A stretch of 60,874 bases of DNA, the filler included, from Dugesia japonica (lineage: Eukaryota): the NCBI GenBank assembly GCA_001938525.1. It is 6 parts of 6 records of this genome, joined end to end, with 100 filler letters (N's around TTAATTAATTAA, not from the genome) between each part and the next. Parts side by side here need not be neighbours in the genome. Positions count along the whole stretch, not along the records: positions 19,185 to 28,188 come from MQRL01264412.1; positions 28,289 to 36,676 come from MQRL01574557.1; positions 36,777 to 49,889 come from MQRL01630353.1; 3 more parts are not named here. The stretch is one strand, 5' to 3'. The number at the start of each line of letters is the position of its first letter. Position 1 is the stretch's first letter. A program made the translations under genes and the position numbers. Below are positions 25,807-39,119 of the stretch, one piece after another. Below the pieces are notes generated by a model that saw only the letters and a list, made by a program, of their open reading frames with translations, was not told the origin of the DNA and ran no database searches.

Positions 25807-27608
25807 TTAAACAAGTAATGCCATCTTTGCTTTCAATGATCTTCCACGTTTACGTTTAGTATCTATGGGAATATTTATTGCTATAAATGGAATTTTGCAA
25901 AATTTATTTCTCATTGATATAATGATCAAATGTTTACACATGTATTCCTTGTTAAAGATGGGACAATTACACCTACCATTTTTCCATTCTTCATTTTCAA
26001 CCGAACAATTTTTTGATAATATTATTTTCCAAATTGTTGTAGCTGTATCGACATAATTATCAAATAATCCCATCTCAAATTTTTCATCAAACGAATATAA
26101 TTGTTCAATTTTGTTTTGGTTATATGAGGCTTTTCAATTTAAATGGTGTGAAGTAATATTCCAATTGACGTGACTTTTTTTGAAATAATACTTGTTTATC
26201 CAATTTAATCCATTGATATCCATCTTTTCACTATTTTGTAGTTATATTTGGAGTGGTTGAAAATAATTTTGCGTTTATTTTATTTGGATCTTGTTCTTTT
26301 GACAAGTCTTCACAATCTTTTTTGCAACAACTTTAAATCTTGATAATGGATACCTTTCACGAAAGGTTTTGCTTCGTTTAATGTCATTATTATTGGATTC
26401 GGGTGCATTATTAGTTGATGGATATTCTTGTGAGTAACCCTCGTACCATCCTGGATGCTTGTTTAACCATTCGTTTTTCGAAGTAATCACAAAAATTATT
26501 TTCATCTTTCCATTTTATTAAGAACAATTCAGATGCTTTCATAAAGATTTCTTGCGACTGACATAACTGTAGATGACTTATATCGTCCATTATTTTAATA
26601 GATAATTCTTTGTTTGATAAGTAACTTTTGATATTATTATCTATTGCTCTATAAACGTGAGCCCAACACATAATACTTTTGTAATTTATTTCCAAAAACT
26701 GTTTCAAAATCATTTGTAATTGCATCTGATGCGTCTGCTATTAAAACTTTTGGTTTGAATTCTTTATCATAAATATTTCTGACACCATTTTTAACGCTTT
26801 CAAATAAAAAATTATAATCAGCTGCTTTTTTTCAATTGCACACTGCAAGACAAAATGGATTGAATTTTCTATCTGCATCAAAAGTACCTGTTATCAATAC
26901 AGGATAACCCTGTAAATTCAATTTATAAGTAGTATCTACGTGAACCGCTGTTAAAATTGAAGCAATTTGAAGTAAACGTTTTGTAGTAATACAAAAACGA
27001 ACATATTGTTTTGAATTTCGATCATCATCTTCTATATCCTCTATATCTTCATACTCATCATTTATAGGTATATTACTTTTTGATTCACACCATTAGTTTA
27101 ATTCACCCATACTTATAGTAGAAACACTGAAGTTTTTATCACAATATTGCTTGAAATAATTATTAAGTTGACTTGTTTTTGGAACTTGCAAACCATTTCT
27201 TTCAATGTTTGCTAAATTGTTTTTGGTTTATTCACACCACTCTTAATTTGTTCGTTTATGAATATGTTCACGTCATCTCGTATACCAATATTTTTATTAC
27301 CATTACAGGTATGTTCACATATAGTTTTATAAACTGAAACATCTTCAGCATGACATAATAAATATAGTTGAGCTTTACATTGTGTTTCACGTGCTTTTAC
27401 TTTATTGCATCTATAAATAATTTATCTCTATCTGTTGTTTTATTTGTATAAAAATAAGACCATAATTTTTCACTTTTGATTAATACTGTAGCTTCATTTG
27501 CATTATTATGTTTATTGCATAATACCCACTCATGTCTCACTTTTCCACTCTTATTTCTTACATTCTCAATTGATACAAAATCGATTTCGTCATCGCTTAA
27601 TTCGTATC
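25807..27608 (-). pseudogene. Mutator (MULE) transposase with C-terminal SWIM zinc finger
   Basis: HVDTTYKLNLQGYPVLITGTFD, KPKVLIADASDAI, MCWAHV, PSTNNAPESNN, SWIM CNCPIFNKEYMCKH; frameshifted. Confidence 0.9.
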
Positions 27609-28188
27609 TGGGGGGGGGGCTCAGCAACACATTACGATGAGGGTATGATTTTTGGTGGTATGATTTTTGGGATCAAATTTTTTTTTTGATCGGATTAGAT
27701 TTTTTTCTTTTGATTGGATCAATTTTTTTTGATCGGATCAGTTTTTTTTATATTTTTTATTTATTTTTTTAATCTTTTTTTTTACCTTTTTTAAACCTTT
27801 TTTTTAACCTTTTTTAAAATTGTTTTAATTNNNNNNNNNNNNNNNNNNNNNNNNNNNNNNNNNNNNNNNNNNNNNNNNNNNNNNNNNNNNNNNNNNNNNN
27901 NNNNNNNNNNNNNNNNNNNNNNNNNNNNNNNNNNNNNNNNNNNNNNNNNNNTTTTTTTGTTTTAATTAATAGACTTTTTTTGTTTTAATTAATAGACTAT
28001 TTTTTGTTTTAATAATTAATTTTTTTTGTTTTAACTGTTTGTTTTAATTAATGAAAATGGTTTTTTTTAATTAATACTGGAATTTTGTTGGTAATTGAAA
28101 TTTTATTATTTTTTTTTTGGGATTTTGGGGGTGGGAAATTCAAAAAAAAAATATTTTTGGCGGGAAATTCAAAAAAAATATTTTTGGT
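27609..28188. repeat. Composite tandem-repeat block starting with a G run, probably the end of another element
   Basis: GGTATGATTTTTGG x2, TTTTTGATCGGAT x3, TTTTGTTTTAATTAATAGACT x2-3, GG(C/T)GGGAAATTCAAAAAAAATATTTTTGG x2. Confidence 0.6.
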
Positions 28189-28288
28189 NNNNNNNNNNNN
28201 NNNNNNNNNNNNNNNNNNNNNNNNNNNNNNNNTTAATTAATTAANNNNNNNNNNNNNNNNNNNNNNNNNNNNNNNNNNNNNNNNNNNN
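28189..28288. other. Artificial contig-joining spacer
   Basis: 44N-TTAATTAATTAA-44N. Confidence 0.95.
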
Positions 28289-28355
<67 letters not shown>

Positions 28356-29555
28356 CAAACGAATATTAGAAATTGAAAGTTTACAGCATATGGTTAGTGT
28401 AAAAGATTTATCTTAAAATATTTAATTTTTAACATTTTAACATTTTGACAATCATCTCAGATTGATTTGTATTTATTGATGATTTTCTAAATTATTTTTA
28501 TAAATCCTTCATAAATTAACTGTGAAATAGTCTGAAATCAAATTACACGTACAAATAACTAATATTTTGTATTTCATTTGATTATTTCTTAAAATTAATT
28601 TTAAAATAAGTAAAATACTTTTTTTGCTTCTTAATTAATTATTTATTTTAGAAGCTGAAAATTGAAATCATTTTTGAATTTGATAAATTATAAATAAATG
28701 AAAATTTAATGTCACATTTATTAAAATTATATGACAATTAATAATTAATAAAATCATGTTATAAATGATTTATTAAAGAAAAACAAATTAAGGAAAGAGT
28801 GGTTTTGAAATAGTGAATTTAAAAATTTTATTTATTAATTTATATTTATTACAATATACATTTTTTTACGTAAAATAAAGTACTTAAATAAAGTTTTTTT
28901 CAAATTCGAAATAAAATTCATTAATACTAAATTATTAAATTACTATTAAATTTTTAGATTACATTAATTGGTTGGCAGTGTAATATATAGTTGAATAATA
29001 TTTGTTGTAAATCAGTTATCAGTATAAATAATTTAAAAATTTAGTATAGAAACATTAAAAATATTTGGGAAAGAGTTATGTGTGAGGCATTGATTATTAA
29101 TCAATTGATCCAAAAATTAATGTTTAAACAGAGCTTTCTAAGACTTTATTGTATGTTTTGAATTAATTGGACTTATCGAAGAGATTATATTTACTTTCTG
29201 ATTATATAATCAGAACTTTTAATATATGAGCACTTTTAAAAAGGATTAAATATTGTATCTGAAGAGGATAAATGTTCTGTCTAAACATTTTGTACAAAAA
29301 ATTATAAATTGAAATGGTGTTTAAGAGTTATTATTAGTAGTAATATTATTATTANNNNNNNNNNNNNNNNNNNNNNNNNNNNNNNNNNNNNNNNNNNNNN
29401 NNNNNNNNNNNNNNNNNNNNNNNNNNNNNNNNNNNNNNNNNNNNNNNNNNNNNNNNNNNNNNNNNNNNNNNNNNNNNNNNNNNNNNNNNNNNNNNNNNNN
29501 NNNNNNNNNNNNNNNNNNNNNNNNNNNNNNNNNNNNNNNNNNNNNNTTATTATTA

Positions 29556-29744
29556 TGAGGAAATAATTAATTATTAATAATCTCATCCAATAGAAAACGA
29601 ATTATCTGAATATTAATATTGAAATTCTTGTATTTCATTTATATTTATCTTATAAGACATGTGTTGTAGTAGTAAAATAAATGTAGTCTTAAAATATTAG
29701 TTGTGATTTTCAAGATGAATTGCCAATTGAAGATTTATTTAACA
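29556..29744 (+). repeat. 5' LTR
   Basis: TGAGGAAATAATT...GAAGATTTATTTAACA, diverged direct repeat of 33615-33803. Confidence 0.9.
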
Positions 29745-29747
29745 TTG

Positions 29748-29757
29748 TGGCAGCGGT
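29748..29757 (+). promoter_or_regulatory. Primer-binding site TGGCAGCGGT (tRNA-Leu-like)
   Basis: Starts 3 nt after the LTR end; complementary to a ...ACCGCTGCCA tRNA 3' end. Confidence 0.75.
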
Positions 29758-29769
29758 AAATACCGATTC

Positions 29770-30480
29770 AATTACAGAGAGGTTATTGCCGAATGTATTT
29801 TGCAGAGGAGATAATATTGAGAAATTCATCAAGCGGTGTAAAAATTATTTTGAAGCTAAAAGCATCACCCAAATGAAATAACAGAAGAGATTAGTCTCTT
29901 GTTTGCTAGAAAAAGATTTTTTGGAAGAATATGCGAAGACGTTGAAAAACGTTGAAGGTTTTCAGGCTCGTTTACATGTGGCATTTAAGAAAGAGAAAGA
30001 TGTTATCAAAGAGTGTCAAGTTTATTTTAAAAAGGTTAAAAATTTAGTAAAAAGATTATTTAAAATAAAGATTTTACTAAGAAAAGAATGGTAGCAAAAA
30101 TGCTGGTATATTGATCAGATAAGAAAAATGTTGAAGAAAAAGTGACTTTGCGGAAACGAGAGAATATAAAAGAAATTGAAGAAACAATGAAATTAGTAGA
30201 TCAAGTAGAGAAAAACATAGATCAAGTTGATTGCTGGAGTAGAGTGCTGGAGTTGTCATAAAACAGGACATATAAGTCGAGATTGTCCAAATAAAAAACC
30301 AGCTAAATGTTTTTGACTGTAGAAAGGTTGGCAATATTAGAAAGTTATTTCAAGAAGTGAGGTGTAAACGATGTGGTAATGGCAGACATAGGACAGAAGA
30401 GTACTACACAAATTTGAAAATGAATAGAACAAGTGAGACATTACTGCAGAAAGATCAAGAAACTGATATAATCGAGAACA
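29770..30480 (+). pseudogene. gag: Gypsy gag with CCHC zinc knuckles
   Basis: CWSCHKTGHISRDC followed by two degenerate knuckles (CFDC..., CKRC...H). Confidence 0.85.
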
Positions 30481-30586
30481 TACGATTGAAGATGAAGATG
30501 TCAGTACAAACGATGGATATGAGGAAGTATATGAAAGTGATTCCAAAAGGCGGGGCTCCACCAGTAGAGGAGTTGGTTGAGTTGCA

Positions 30587-33500
30587 TTGATAAATGCAGT
30601 TAGTAATTATACTCAAAAAGTCGAAAAGTGGGATGATATAGGCAAATTTACAGAAAATGTTTACATGTTCTTAAAGAGGGAAAATTTTATGGATGAGAGA
30701 AAAATAGAATATGTTGAAACAGTTGAAGCAGAAAAGAAAACAAATACTTTGTATTATAAATTGCAAGGCAGACCAAGTGTTACGGTATCAATTCAAGAAA
30801 ATAACGTAAGATGTCTATTAGATACATGGACTAGAATTAACGTGATGAGTTTGAGTTTTGTTTTAATAAATTACGAGATGCTCATTTAGAAATGAATGAT
30901 GAAATATTGCGTTGTGCAAATAATATACACTTAAAATTGTTAGAAAAGTTAGAGCCGGAGTGATAATTGATGAAGTTTGCAAAGAAATTACTTTCTAAAT
31001 TGCTGAAAAAGTGACTCCAAATCTGATAGGAGGAATAGATGTGCAGAAGATCTTTAAATACCAGTTTAGGCAAAAGGTCGATAGCAAAACGTAGGAAAAA
31101 TTTGAAAATTACATTTGCAATATTGAAACAAAATTTGGAAGACAAATTAAAAAAGGAGAGCGATTGACAAGAGCCTTAAATACTTTGAAGGTTAAAGAGA
31201 ATCAGAGATTATTGAAAATGATTGGAAGTAAAAAAGATGTTTTTATGGCAGATAAATGGAATGTAGGACGCACTCATCTGACAAATCACAAAATAATCAC
31301 AAGTGATGAACAAATCAATGTAAAACCGTACAGGTAACCAATAAACCTAGAATCTAAAATTGAAGAAACTATCCAAAACCTTTTCAAGAATAATATTATC
31401 CGTAAATGGAACTCTCCATGTGTGTGTTTTGGAAAAAGGAATAGAAGGACATAAGAATATGCTTGGAATTTAGACAACTTAATGCAGTAACGAAAAGACA
31501 AGCCTTTCCGATGCTTAATGTCGATGAAATGCTGGAAAAGTTAGATGGAGCTAAATATAGATTTGCGTACTATCAAGTAGAGCTTGAAAAAGAATCTCAA
31601 AAATACGGCGTTTCAAACAAAGAATGAATAATATTGTTTTAAAAGAATGCCATTTGACATTGCAGCGGCACCAGAAACCTTTCATTAGATGCTGACAAAA
31701 GTGATAGGCAGAATCAATGGAACCATGATTTATCTTGATGACATTTTGATATTCACAAACAATAAAGATCAACACTATGAAATCATTGAAAAGGTATTGA
31801 TGGAAATAATGAACGCCGGTCTAAGAATAAATCCAGAAGTGTCAGTTTCTTCAACGCGAAATCAAGTTTCTTAGACACATAATTAGCAGAGATAGTGTTA
31901 GAACTGATCCGTCATAAATTGAAGCCATGAGAACATTTGGCAAACGTAACTGTGTGAAGAAGTTAAGAAGATTTTTGGGAATTTGTAATTATTACAAGAC
32001 GTTTATAGAAAATTACGCAAAAAGTCAAGGATTTTAGATAAGTTATGTAGCGAACCAAGCAACAAAACATTAGAATGGACAGATGAAATAAACGATACTT
32101 TTGATGTTCTGAAGAAATTTCTAAAAACTGCACAATATTGTGTTTTCCAAACATAAACAAAGAATTTATATTAGATTTATATGCCAGTTTCTATACAATT
32201 GGAGCAGTATTGTCACTGAGAGATAAAAAAGGAAGAGAAAAAGTTGTTGCCTATGGATCACACTCAATGACGAGTCATGTAAAGGCATATTGCATCACAC
32301 AAAAAGAGTTATTGGCTGTTTATTATTTCTGTATGCATTTCAAACATTACTTGTACGGTAGAAAATTTATTCTTAGAACAGAACACAAAGGTCTAACTTT
32401 CATGATGACGACGAAGAAACCAATTACGATGCAATTCCAGACATGGATTAATTATTTGAGCAATTTAGTTATGGTTTTAGAATATAGAAAAGAAATTCAA
32501 TATAGTAATGTTATCTAGACCAAGATGTGAGGTATGTGTACAATGTCAAATGTCACATAAAGAAGCTAGAAAAGGGAAGATTAAAAAAATAATACTGAAC
32601 ATAATTGAAAAGGAAAAAGTAGATCATATAAACATTTCCGAGGAAACATATTTAATCAATAAAATGAGAATTCCGGATGACAAGCTACATGAAACAATAG
32701 AAGAAATACATAAATTATTATGCCACGCTGGAGTTGAGAAGGTGCACGAATATATGAAAAACAAATACATTGCAAAGAATTTGTGGAGCCAAATACAGAA
32801 GATAATTCGTAGTTGTGATATTTGTCAGAAGATTAAAGTAATTAGAACATCAACTAAAGAGAAAACCAAGAGATTAGAAGCTACAATTTGTTTGAAATGA
32901 TATTCACAGATATATGTAGGCCTATGCGAGAAACAAGTGGATGGTAAAAATAAATTCTTAGAATAATCGACCAGTACAGTAAATATCTGGTTTTTATATC
33001 ATTGCCTAGACAAGACGAGAAAACAATACGAAAAGCTATTTTTGAAAAGTAGATATTGAGATTTGGAATTCCGAGAGAAATAAGATTAGATAAGATTAGA
33101 AACGTTTTTGAATCCAGAGTTATGAGAGAGTTTGCATTGAAGTTAGATATTAAACTTTGCGTTTCAAGTCCCTATCATCATAATGCAAACAGACAAATTT
33201 AGAAACAGTTCTGAACAATTCAAGATTTGATTAATGCAACACTTCAGGAAAAAAAGACAACAGATTAGGAAGATCTTTTACCGGAAATAGAAATTACAAT
33301 GAACTCAACAACACAGAAGACGACTGAAAAGAGCCCTGCTGAGAGCGTTTTTAAAAAGGAAAATTGCAGAGAAAAGCTGTACCAGTCAGACGTTTCAGAT
33401 AGAACTAAAGAAAACATTTCAGACGTGATTACTAAAGAAGAATTCAAAGTAGGCGATGTTGTACTCATCAAGGTAGAAACAAGAAACAAAAGTCAAGACA

Positions 33501-33604
33501 GATTTGAAAGACCTTATCGAATAATTGAGAAAATTCACAAAAGACGGTATTCAGTACAAAGAGAAAATAGACAGCGATTAGAAATAAATGTGGAAAAACT
33601 TTAA
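30587..33604 (+). pseudogene. pol: Gypsy pol (protease, RT, RNase H, integrase)
   Basis: CLLDT, RMPF, IYLDDIL, FLGICNYY, ASFYTIGAVLS, KELLAV, HKLLCHAG...CDIC, SPYHH. Confidence 0.92.
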
Positions 33605-33614
33605 AAGCGGGATA
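33601..33614 (+). promoter_or_regulatory. Polypurine tract
   Basis: AAAAGCGGGATA immediately before the 3' LTR. Confidence 0.6.
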
Positions 33615-33803
33615 TGAGGAAATAATTATTAATTAATAATCTCAGACATTGAGTTATCTGAATATTAATATTAAAATTCTTGTATTTCATTTATTTTTAT
33701 TTATATTCTTATCAAACATGTGTTGTAGTAGTAAAAGAAATGATGTCTAAAAATATATGTTGTGATTTGCAATATGAATTACCAATTGAAGATTTAGCTA
33801 ACA
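33615..33803 (+). repeat. 3' LTR
   Basis: TGAGGAAATAATT...GAAGATTTAGCTAACA. Confidence 0.9.
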
Positions 33804-34117
33804 CTTATTGTTATTATTTTTATTGTTTTTGTTATTATTAATACTATTATTNNNNNNNNNNNNNNNNNNNNNNNNNNNNNNNNNNNNNNNNNNNNNNNNN
33901 NNNNNNNNNNNNNNNNNNNNNNNNNNNNNNNNNNNNNNNNNNNNNNNNNNNNNNNNNNNNNNNNNNNNNNNNNNNNNNNNNNTATTATTAATCGTATTAT
34001 AATTATTAATATTATTATTATTTTAAATATTTCAATTACTTTCTTTTAAAAATAAAAAAAATTCTTTTTAATTTATACTGATTTTCTTAGTATAAAAATC
34101 TATACAAATACAATTGT

Positions 34118-34258
34118 GATTTCATTAAAATAAGATAAGGCTTCGATCAAAACAAAATAATAATTTGTTTTGATCGAAGCCTTATCTTATTTTAATGAAA
34201 TCTCAAATCCGATCAATGGTTAAGTCCAACAATTATTCTCACAATAATTGTAATTATA
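34118..34258 (+). mobile_element. Fold-back retro-insertion (Penelope pLTR-like family), copy A
   Basis: Perfect 39-bp-arm palindrome 34118-34202, conserved tail CGATCAATGGTTAAGTCCAAC..., and 12-bp TSD AAATACAATTGT (34106-34117 / 34259-34270). Confidence 0.8.
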
Positions 34259-36676
34259 AAATACAATTGTATTTATTTTCAGAAAAAAACGTTTATTTAA
34301 AAAAAAATTATTTTCAAACACATAAAATATATATTAATTTATATTTAAATGTTACTAATTATTTAATTCGAAAATTAAAGATTTCCTTTAAGATTTTTTC
34401 AAGAAAATGACAGAACACCTATTTTATCGATTTTTTCATATAAATATACACGAAACATACAATTAATAATTAATAATTTGAACTGAATAATTAATGATAA
34501 AATTAGAGTTGAATTTCTATTTATGCCAATATAAAGTGATATAAGGTATATTATATCTTAGTTTGTGGAATATAAAATAAATAAATATTTTAATATTTGT
34601 TTTCTCTAAATATAATATGGTAATTAAATAAATAATTAATATATTCTTATAAGTTCTATGTAAATACAATCTATAAGTGTATTAAACAAGTGTATAAATT
34701 AATAATGCCGACTCAAAATAAATATTTCATAATAATATAATTATTATAATTATTTTTTTAATTCTATAATTATTTAATTTCAATAATTATTATAATTATT
34801 AATATTATCTTTCAATACATTTCATTAATTCTAATTATTTTATCGGTTTCATATTTATATACCTAAAAAATTGATATTAACATTAATAATAAATATTAAT
34901 ATATAATAACAAAATATAATCAATATAATAATTATAATAATAATAACAATAATAGTAATAATAATAATAATATTAATAATAATAATATTAATATTATTAA
35001 TAATATTTATAATAAATGTCAAACTTAAAAATTAAAAATGTCATCGAAAAATGAAAAAAGTTAATTTCACATAGTTTTGGCATTCTATTAAAACAAAATA
35101 AATTTCTATTTTATTTACTTAAAGAATTTAACTGCATAAAATTCCTATTAAGCTGATTATTTCTGGTTGTACCATAAATGTCTTATGCTAACAACCGAAA
35201 AATAATTAGTTGATTATTTTTTCAACGTTTAATTAATCAAAGTATGTAGAATAAAATATTTTCATTAAAAGAATTTTTTATTATATAACAACTTTGTGAT
35301 TTATTTATAATTAAAAAAAATTAATAATTCCTACAGATTTTATAATTATTCTTTAAGTGAAAAAACTTTTAAAATAAATTCTTTAATTTCAAGTAAAATA
35401 ACTCGTTAAAATATTCATAAACCCTTTGATAATCAAGATCATGAAATGATCGCACGTAAAATTAAATTGATAGGTTTATTTAACGAGCGTAATTAATCGT
35501 TAAATTAATTAAAATTCTTTATTTGATAATTGAGTAAATTTTAATTTTTAATTAAATATTTAAAAAATTAAAACAAAAATAATTAATGAATTGGAAAAAA
35601 TAATAACATAATTTTAATAAATAAAATTACACTGTATGATTTCTTTATTATATCGGATATAAATTATACACAGGATAAAAATTCAATTTCTAACTGTAAA
35701 TAAATAAATGAATAAATATGCTAGAATTAAACGAAAAAAAAGTAATTAATTTTCTGTCAGTTTCATTAACGATATGAAGAATAAATACCATAAAATAAGA
35801 AAGTATTGTTTTATTTTGAAAACTGTAAAGCTTTAATGAAAATGAAAACTGACAAGTAAAACATTTGAAATGAAAACAGCTGGTTGGCACTTCTGTCAAT
35901 ATGTATTTCAAGACTTTTCTTAGATTTACAACTTTATTAAAGTATATTTATTTTATTTTTATTGTGTTTTTATTTGTTATAATTGATTGGCATATAATTA
36001 CTCTGTAATGCTTCAATGTCAATATTTATCTATTTATTAAGAGAACAATCATTCATCCGTAATTCGATGAGCGTAACGTATTAATAATTGTTTCCATAAA
36101 TATTCAACGATTCTCGACAATTTGTTAAAAATTAAAAGTAAATTCATTGATATGAAAAAATTAATTTTAATTACATAATATTTATTAATAAAACCAAATC
36201 CAATTTAAATAAACTAAAATAAAGAAATAATTTTACAAATTAATAACGTAAACAATTAATAATCAGTAGCGTTAAAATTAAATTGTAATTATAAATTTAT
36301 TAAAAAAATTCGATAATTTCACTGTAAATAAACAAAAACCGAAATAAATATTTTTTTTCTTCAAATAAATAATTATGAAACATTTTATGGAATTTATGAT
36401 TATTCTAATTAAATATTAGAAATTTATCAATTTAAAATTTATTGTACATTAAAATGTACAGAAATAAAAATTGAGAAATTCCTTTCAGATAAGTATAACA
36501 TTTCAAGAAAAGAGTACCATTGAGCTTAACGGTCCCTTGGGTACTCTCATGTTGTTTGAAAGGCGGTCATTTGAAAGTAAATTAGCATAAAATTTCATAA
36601 TTTATATCATATTGAAACTCTTGAGAATTGAAAACAATTTTTCGATAAACAAGTTAAGAAAAACTTTGTTAATATC

Positions 36677-36776
36677 NNNNNNNNNNNNNNNNNNNNNNNN
36701 NNNNNNNNNNNNNNNNNNNNTTAATTAATTAANNNNNNNNNNNNNNNNNNNNNNNNNNNNNNNNNNNNNNNNNNNN
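36677..36776. other. Artificial contig-joining spacer
   Basis: 44N-TTAATTAATTAA-44N. Confidence 0.95.
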
Positions 36777-37239
36777 TTTTACTTTAAAATTAATTTGAAT
36801 TAAATTAATTAAATTTTTTTAATTGATTAAATTTCTTTATAAATATTTTTGAAATTATAGGTCGTTTCAATATATCAGTTTATGTTCAAATTATATATGT
36901 TCAAATTTTGCATCGAAATACTCATATTAACATAGTAATAAATAATTTTTATTATGAAATTTATATATAAAAATAAAATTCAAACCTAAACATAATCCCA
37001 TATAAATGTCTTAAGAGTATATTAAATCTATTAAAATTCATAAAATATCAATCAAACAAAGATCTGTAATTGAATTTAAACATTTTGTTCCCAAATGGTA
37101 ACGTTGTAAAATAATTCATTGATAATTAATTATTTACTTTGCTTGTATTGTAAAATAAATTATAATTGATTTATAGTTAATTTTTTAACTGAATTTCGGT
37201 ATGTAAATTAATCCAATTGTGTAAATCTGTGNTTCTTAT

Positions 37240-37891
37240 CAATGAGGTGTGTCTCCCAGGTATATGTGTGTCGATTTTGCAAGGAAGTATTAGTTTAAAG
37301 TTTGAATGTTGAACATGACATACTGGACCACTAATTTGTTAAATTAATGTTGGAAAGCAGATACAATCATCTCATTACTGTAGACCCAGATATCTTTAAA
37401 AATGTGTTCTTTCTTAGATGATGTAATAATGTAAAAAGTAAAATAATATTCATTGTGAGGAATTAAACAGACAAACAATTTTTGTGAATTTCATTGTAAT
37501 TGGTTTATTTTTGTATATCTGGTTTAATGTAAATATTTTTATATTGTATTTTCTATTTGTATCTTTGAGATTTGTAATGTGTTATTGTAAATTTTTAAAT
37601 TTGTAATAATTAGTAAAAGTAACTTTTTAATTAAATCTATTATTATTTCTATTTAATTTTAATTGACTATTTTTATAAATAAGATTTGTATAACAACATT
37701 TCGTTTTTTATAATATTTATTTTATAAAATTTATTGATACCTGAAATTATGGAAATACATGAAAGTAATTATAATCAAATTAACATTAAGTAAATATTTT
37801 AGATTTATTTTTATTTAGAGTATTCATATGAGATGAACAAAATAAAATAAATTTTACGGAGAGGTGATTATAGAAAGGTTAAGAATCCCTG
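37240..37891 (+). mobile_element. hAT-Buster right-end relic
   Basis: LNVEHDI and QIQSSH (C-terminal QPSH-like) plus terminal AAAGGTTAAGAATCCCTG (reverse complement CAGGGATTCTTAACCTTT). Confidence 0.5.
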
Positions 37892-38693
37892 GTGAAAACA
37901 GATCAAGATTTGATAATTGAATATTAAATAAAATTTTAAAACAAATTTAATTAATAAACTGTGATTATCAAATTCAGTTCGGCAGATTAGGATCATAATC
38001 TTTAAAAGAGAAAATTGTAAAATAGAAAATATCGAATTAAAATGTGATTAGTGATTTATAACGAATGTTGTTTGGTATGTGACTTTATCAATCAAATAAA
38101 ATTACAATTTATTTATTTTAAAATATGTTAATATTTTATTAGAAGTCTAATGTCATTTGAAATATTTGTCAGTGAAATGATTAAACTGAATTAAATAAGA
38201 ACAAAAAAGAAAATTGATAAAATGAAATAGGATACTAATGTAGATAATTAATTTGGAAATTTGTGGTTTCAGAAAAACCATAATATAATAATTAAATTAT
38301 TAATAGGATAAACTATACTAGATAATATATAATATATATAATTAGCTAATAATTAATAATAAACAATATTTGTTTATATAGGTCGCATGGGCATGTAAAG
38401 AGGTAAAGCGTTATGTAAATGAATAAATTCAAAATTCTGTTTTACCCACTAGTAAATATGTTAAATAATACATATTATTAATAAATATTCCTATTTTAAT
38501 GCTATTGGAATATATTCAAATTGGAACAATATATATATTGGAACGATTCTTTATCAGATTCAATACCCAGACGCTCAAATAATACTAAAACCATACCATA
38601 ATTGAGTCAACCAATTCAATCATGTCTGTCAACGCGTATGCTGCTGGTTTCGTCAAAACATTAATAACATTGCTAATAAAATAATAATAATAA

Positions 38694-38730
<37 letters not shown>

Positions 38731-38740
<10 letters not shown>

Positions 38741-38800
38741 GTTTATTAATTATAACAAATTTGAAAATTTCAAACAAAGATTATAACCTGCGCTAACAAT
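38731..38800 (-). mobile_element. Short 3'-end copy of the RLE non-LTR element
   Basis: About 60 bp nearly identical to 41398-41460, abutting a (TAA)n array. Confidence 0.7.
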
Positions 38801-39119
38801 ATTTATATAGTTGACTAGTTGAAATATATTAGTTGATTATTTAGTTTCTCATAATTTGTCCGTACATTAGGAAACCAATGACGGAAAAAGGCCGTAGAGT
38901 TTTGTGCACACATGTGTAAGTGATGTGCAGTCAACCCTTATGAGTTGACGGATTCTGCTCAGGTGTATATAGCAGCAGTATTGTAGCAGCTGTAATTTAC
39001 TTATGCATGTTCAGGCTTGTTTTATGTCAGATTTAATTGAGAAATCAATTAATTACCGATCATTAGTGATGGTTTAACGAAAAAATAATTGCTTTGCGAT
39101 TAATACGACTGATCTATTA

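Larger units (their letters stand above)
29556..33803 (+). mobile_element. Full-length degenerate Ty3/Gypsy LTR retrotransposon
   Basis: Two 189-bp TG...CA LTRs, PBS, PPT and gag-PR-RT-RH-IN order; flanked by (TTA)n. Confidence 0.95.
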
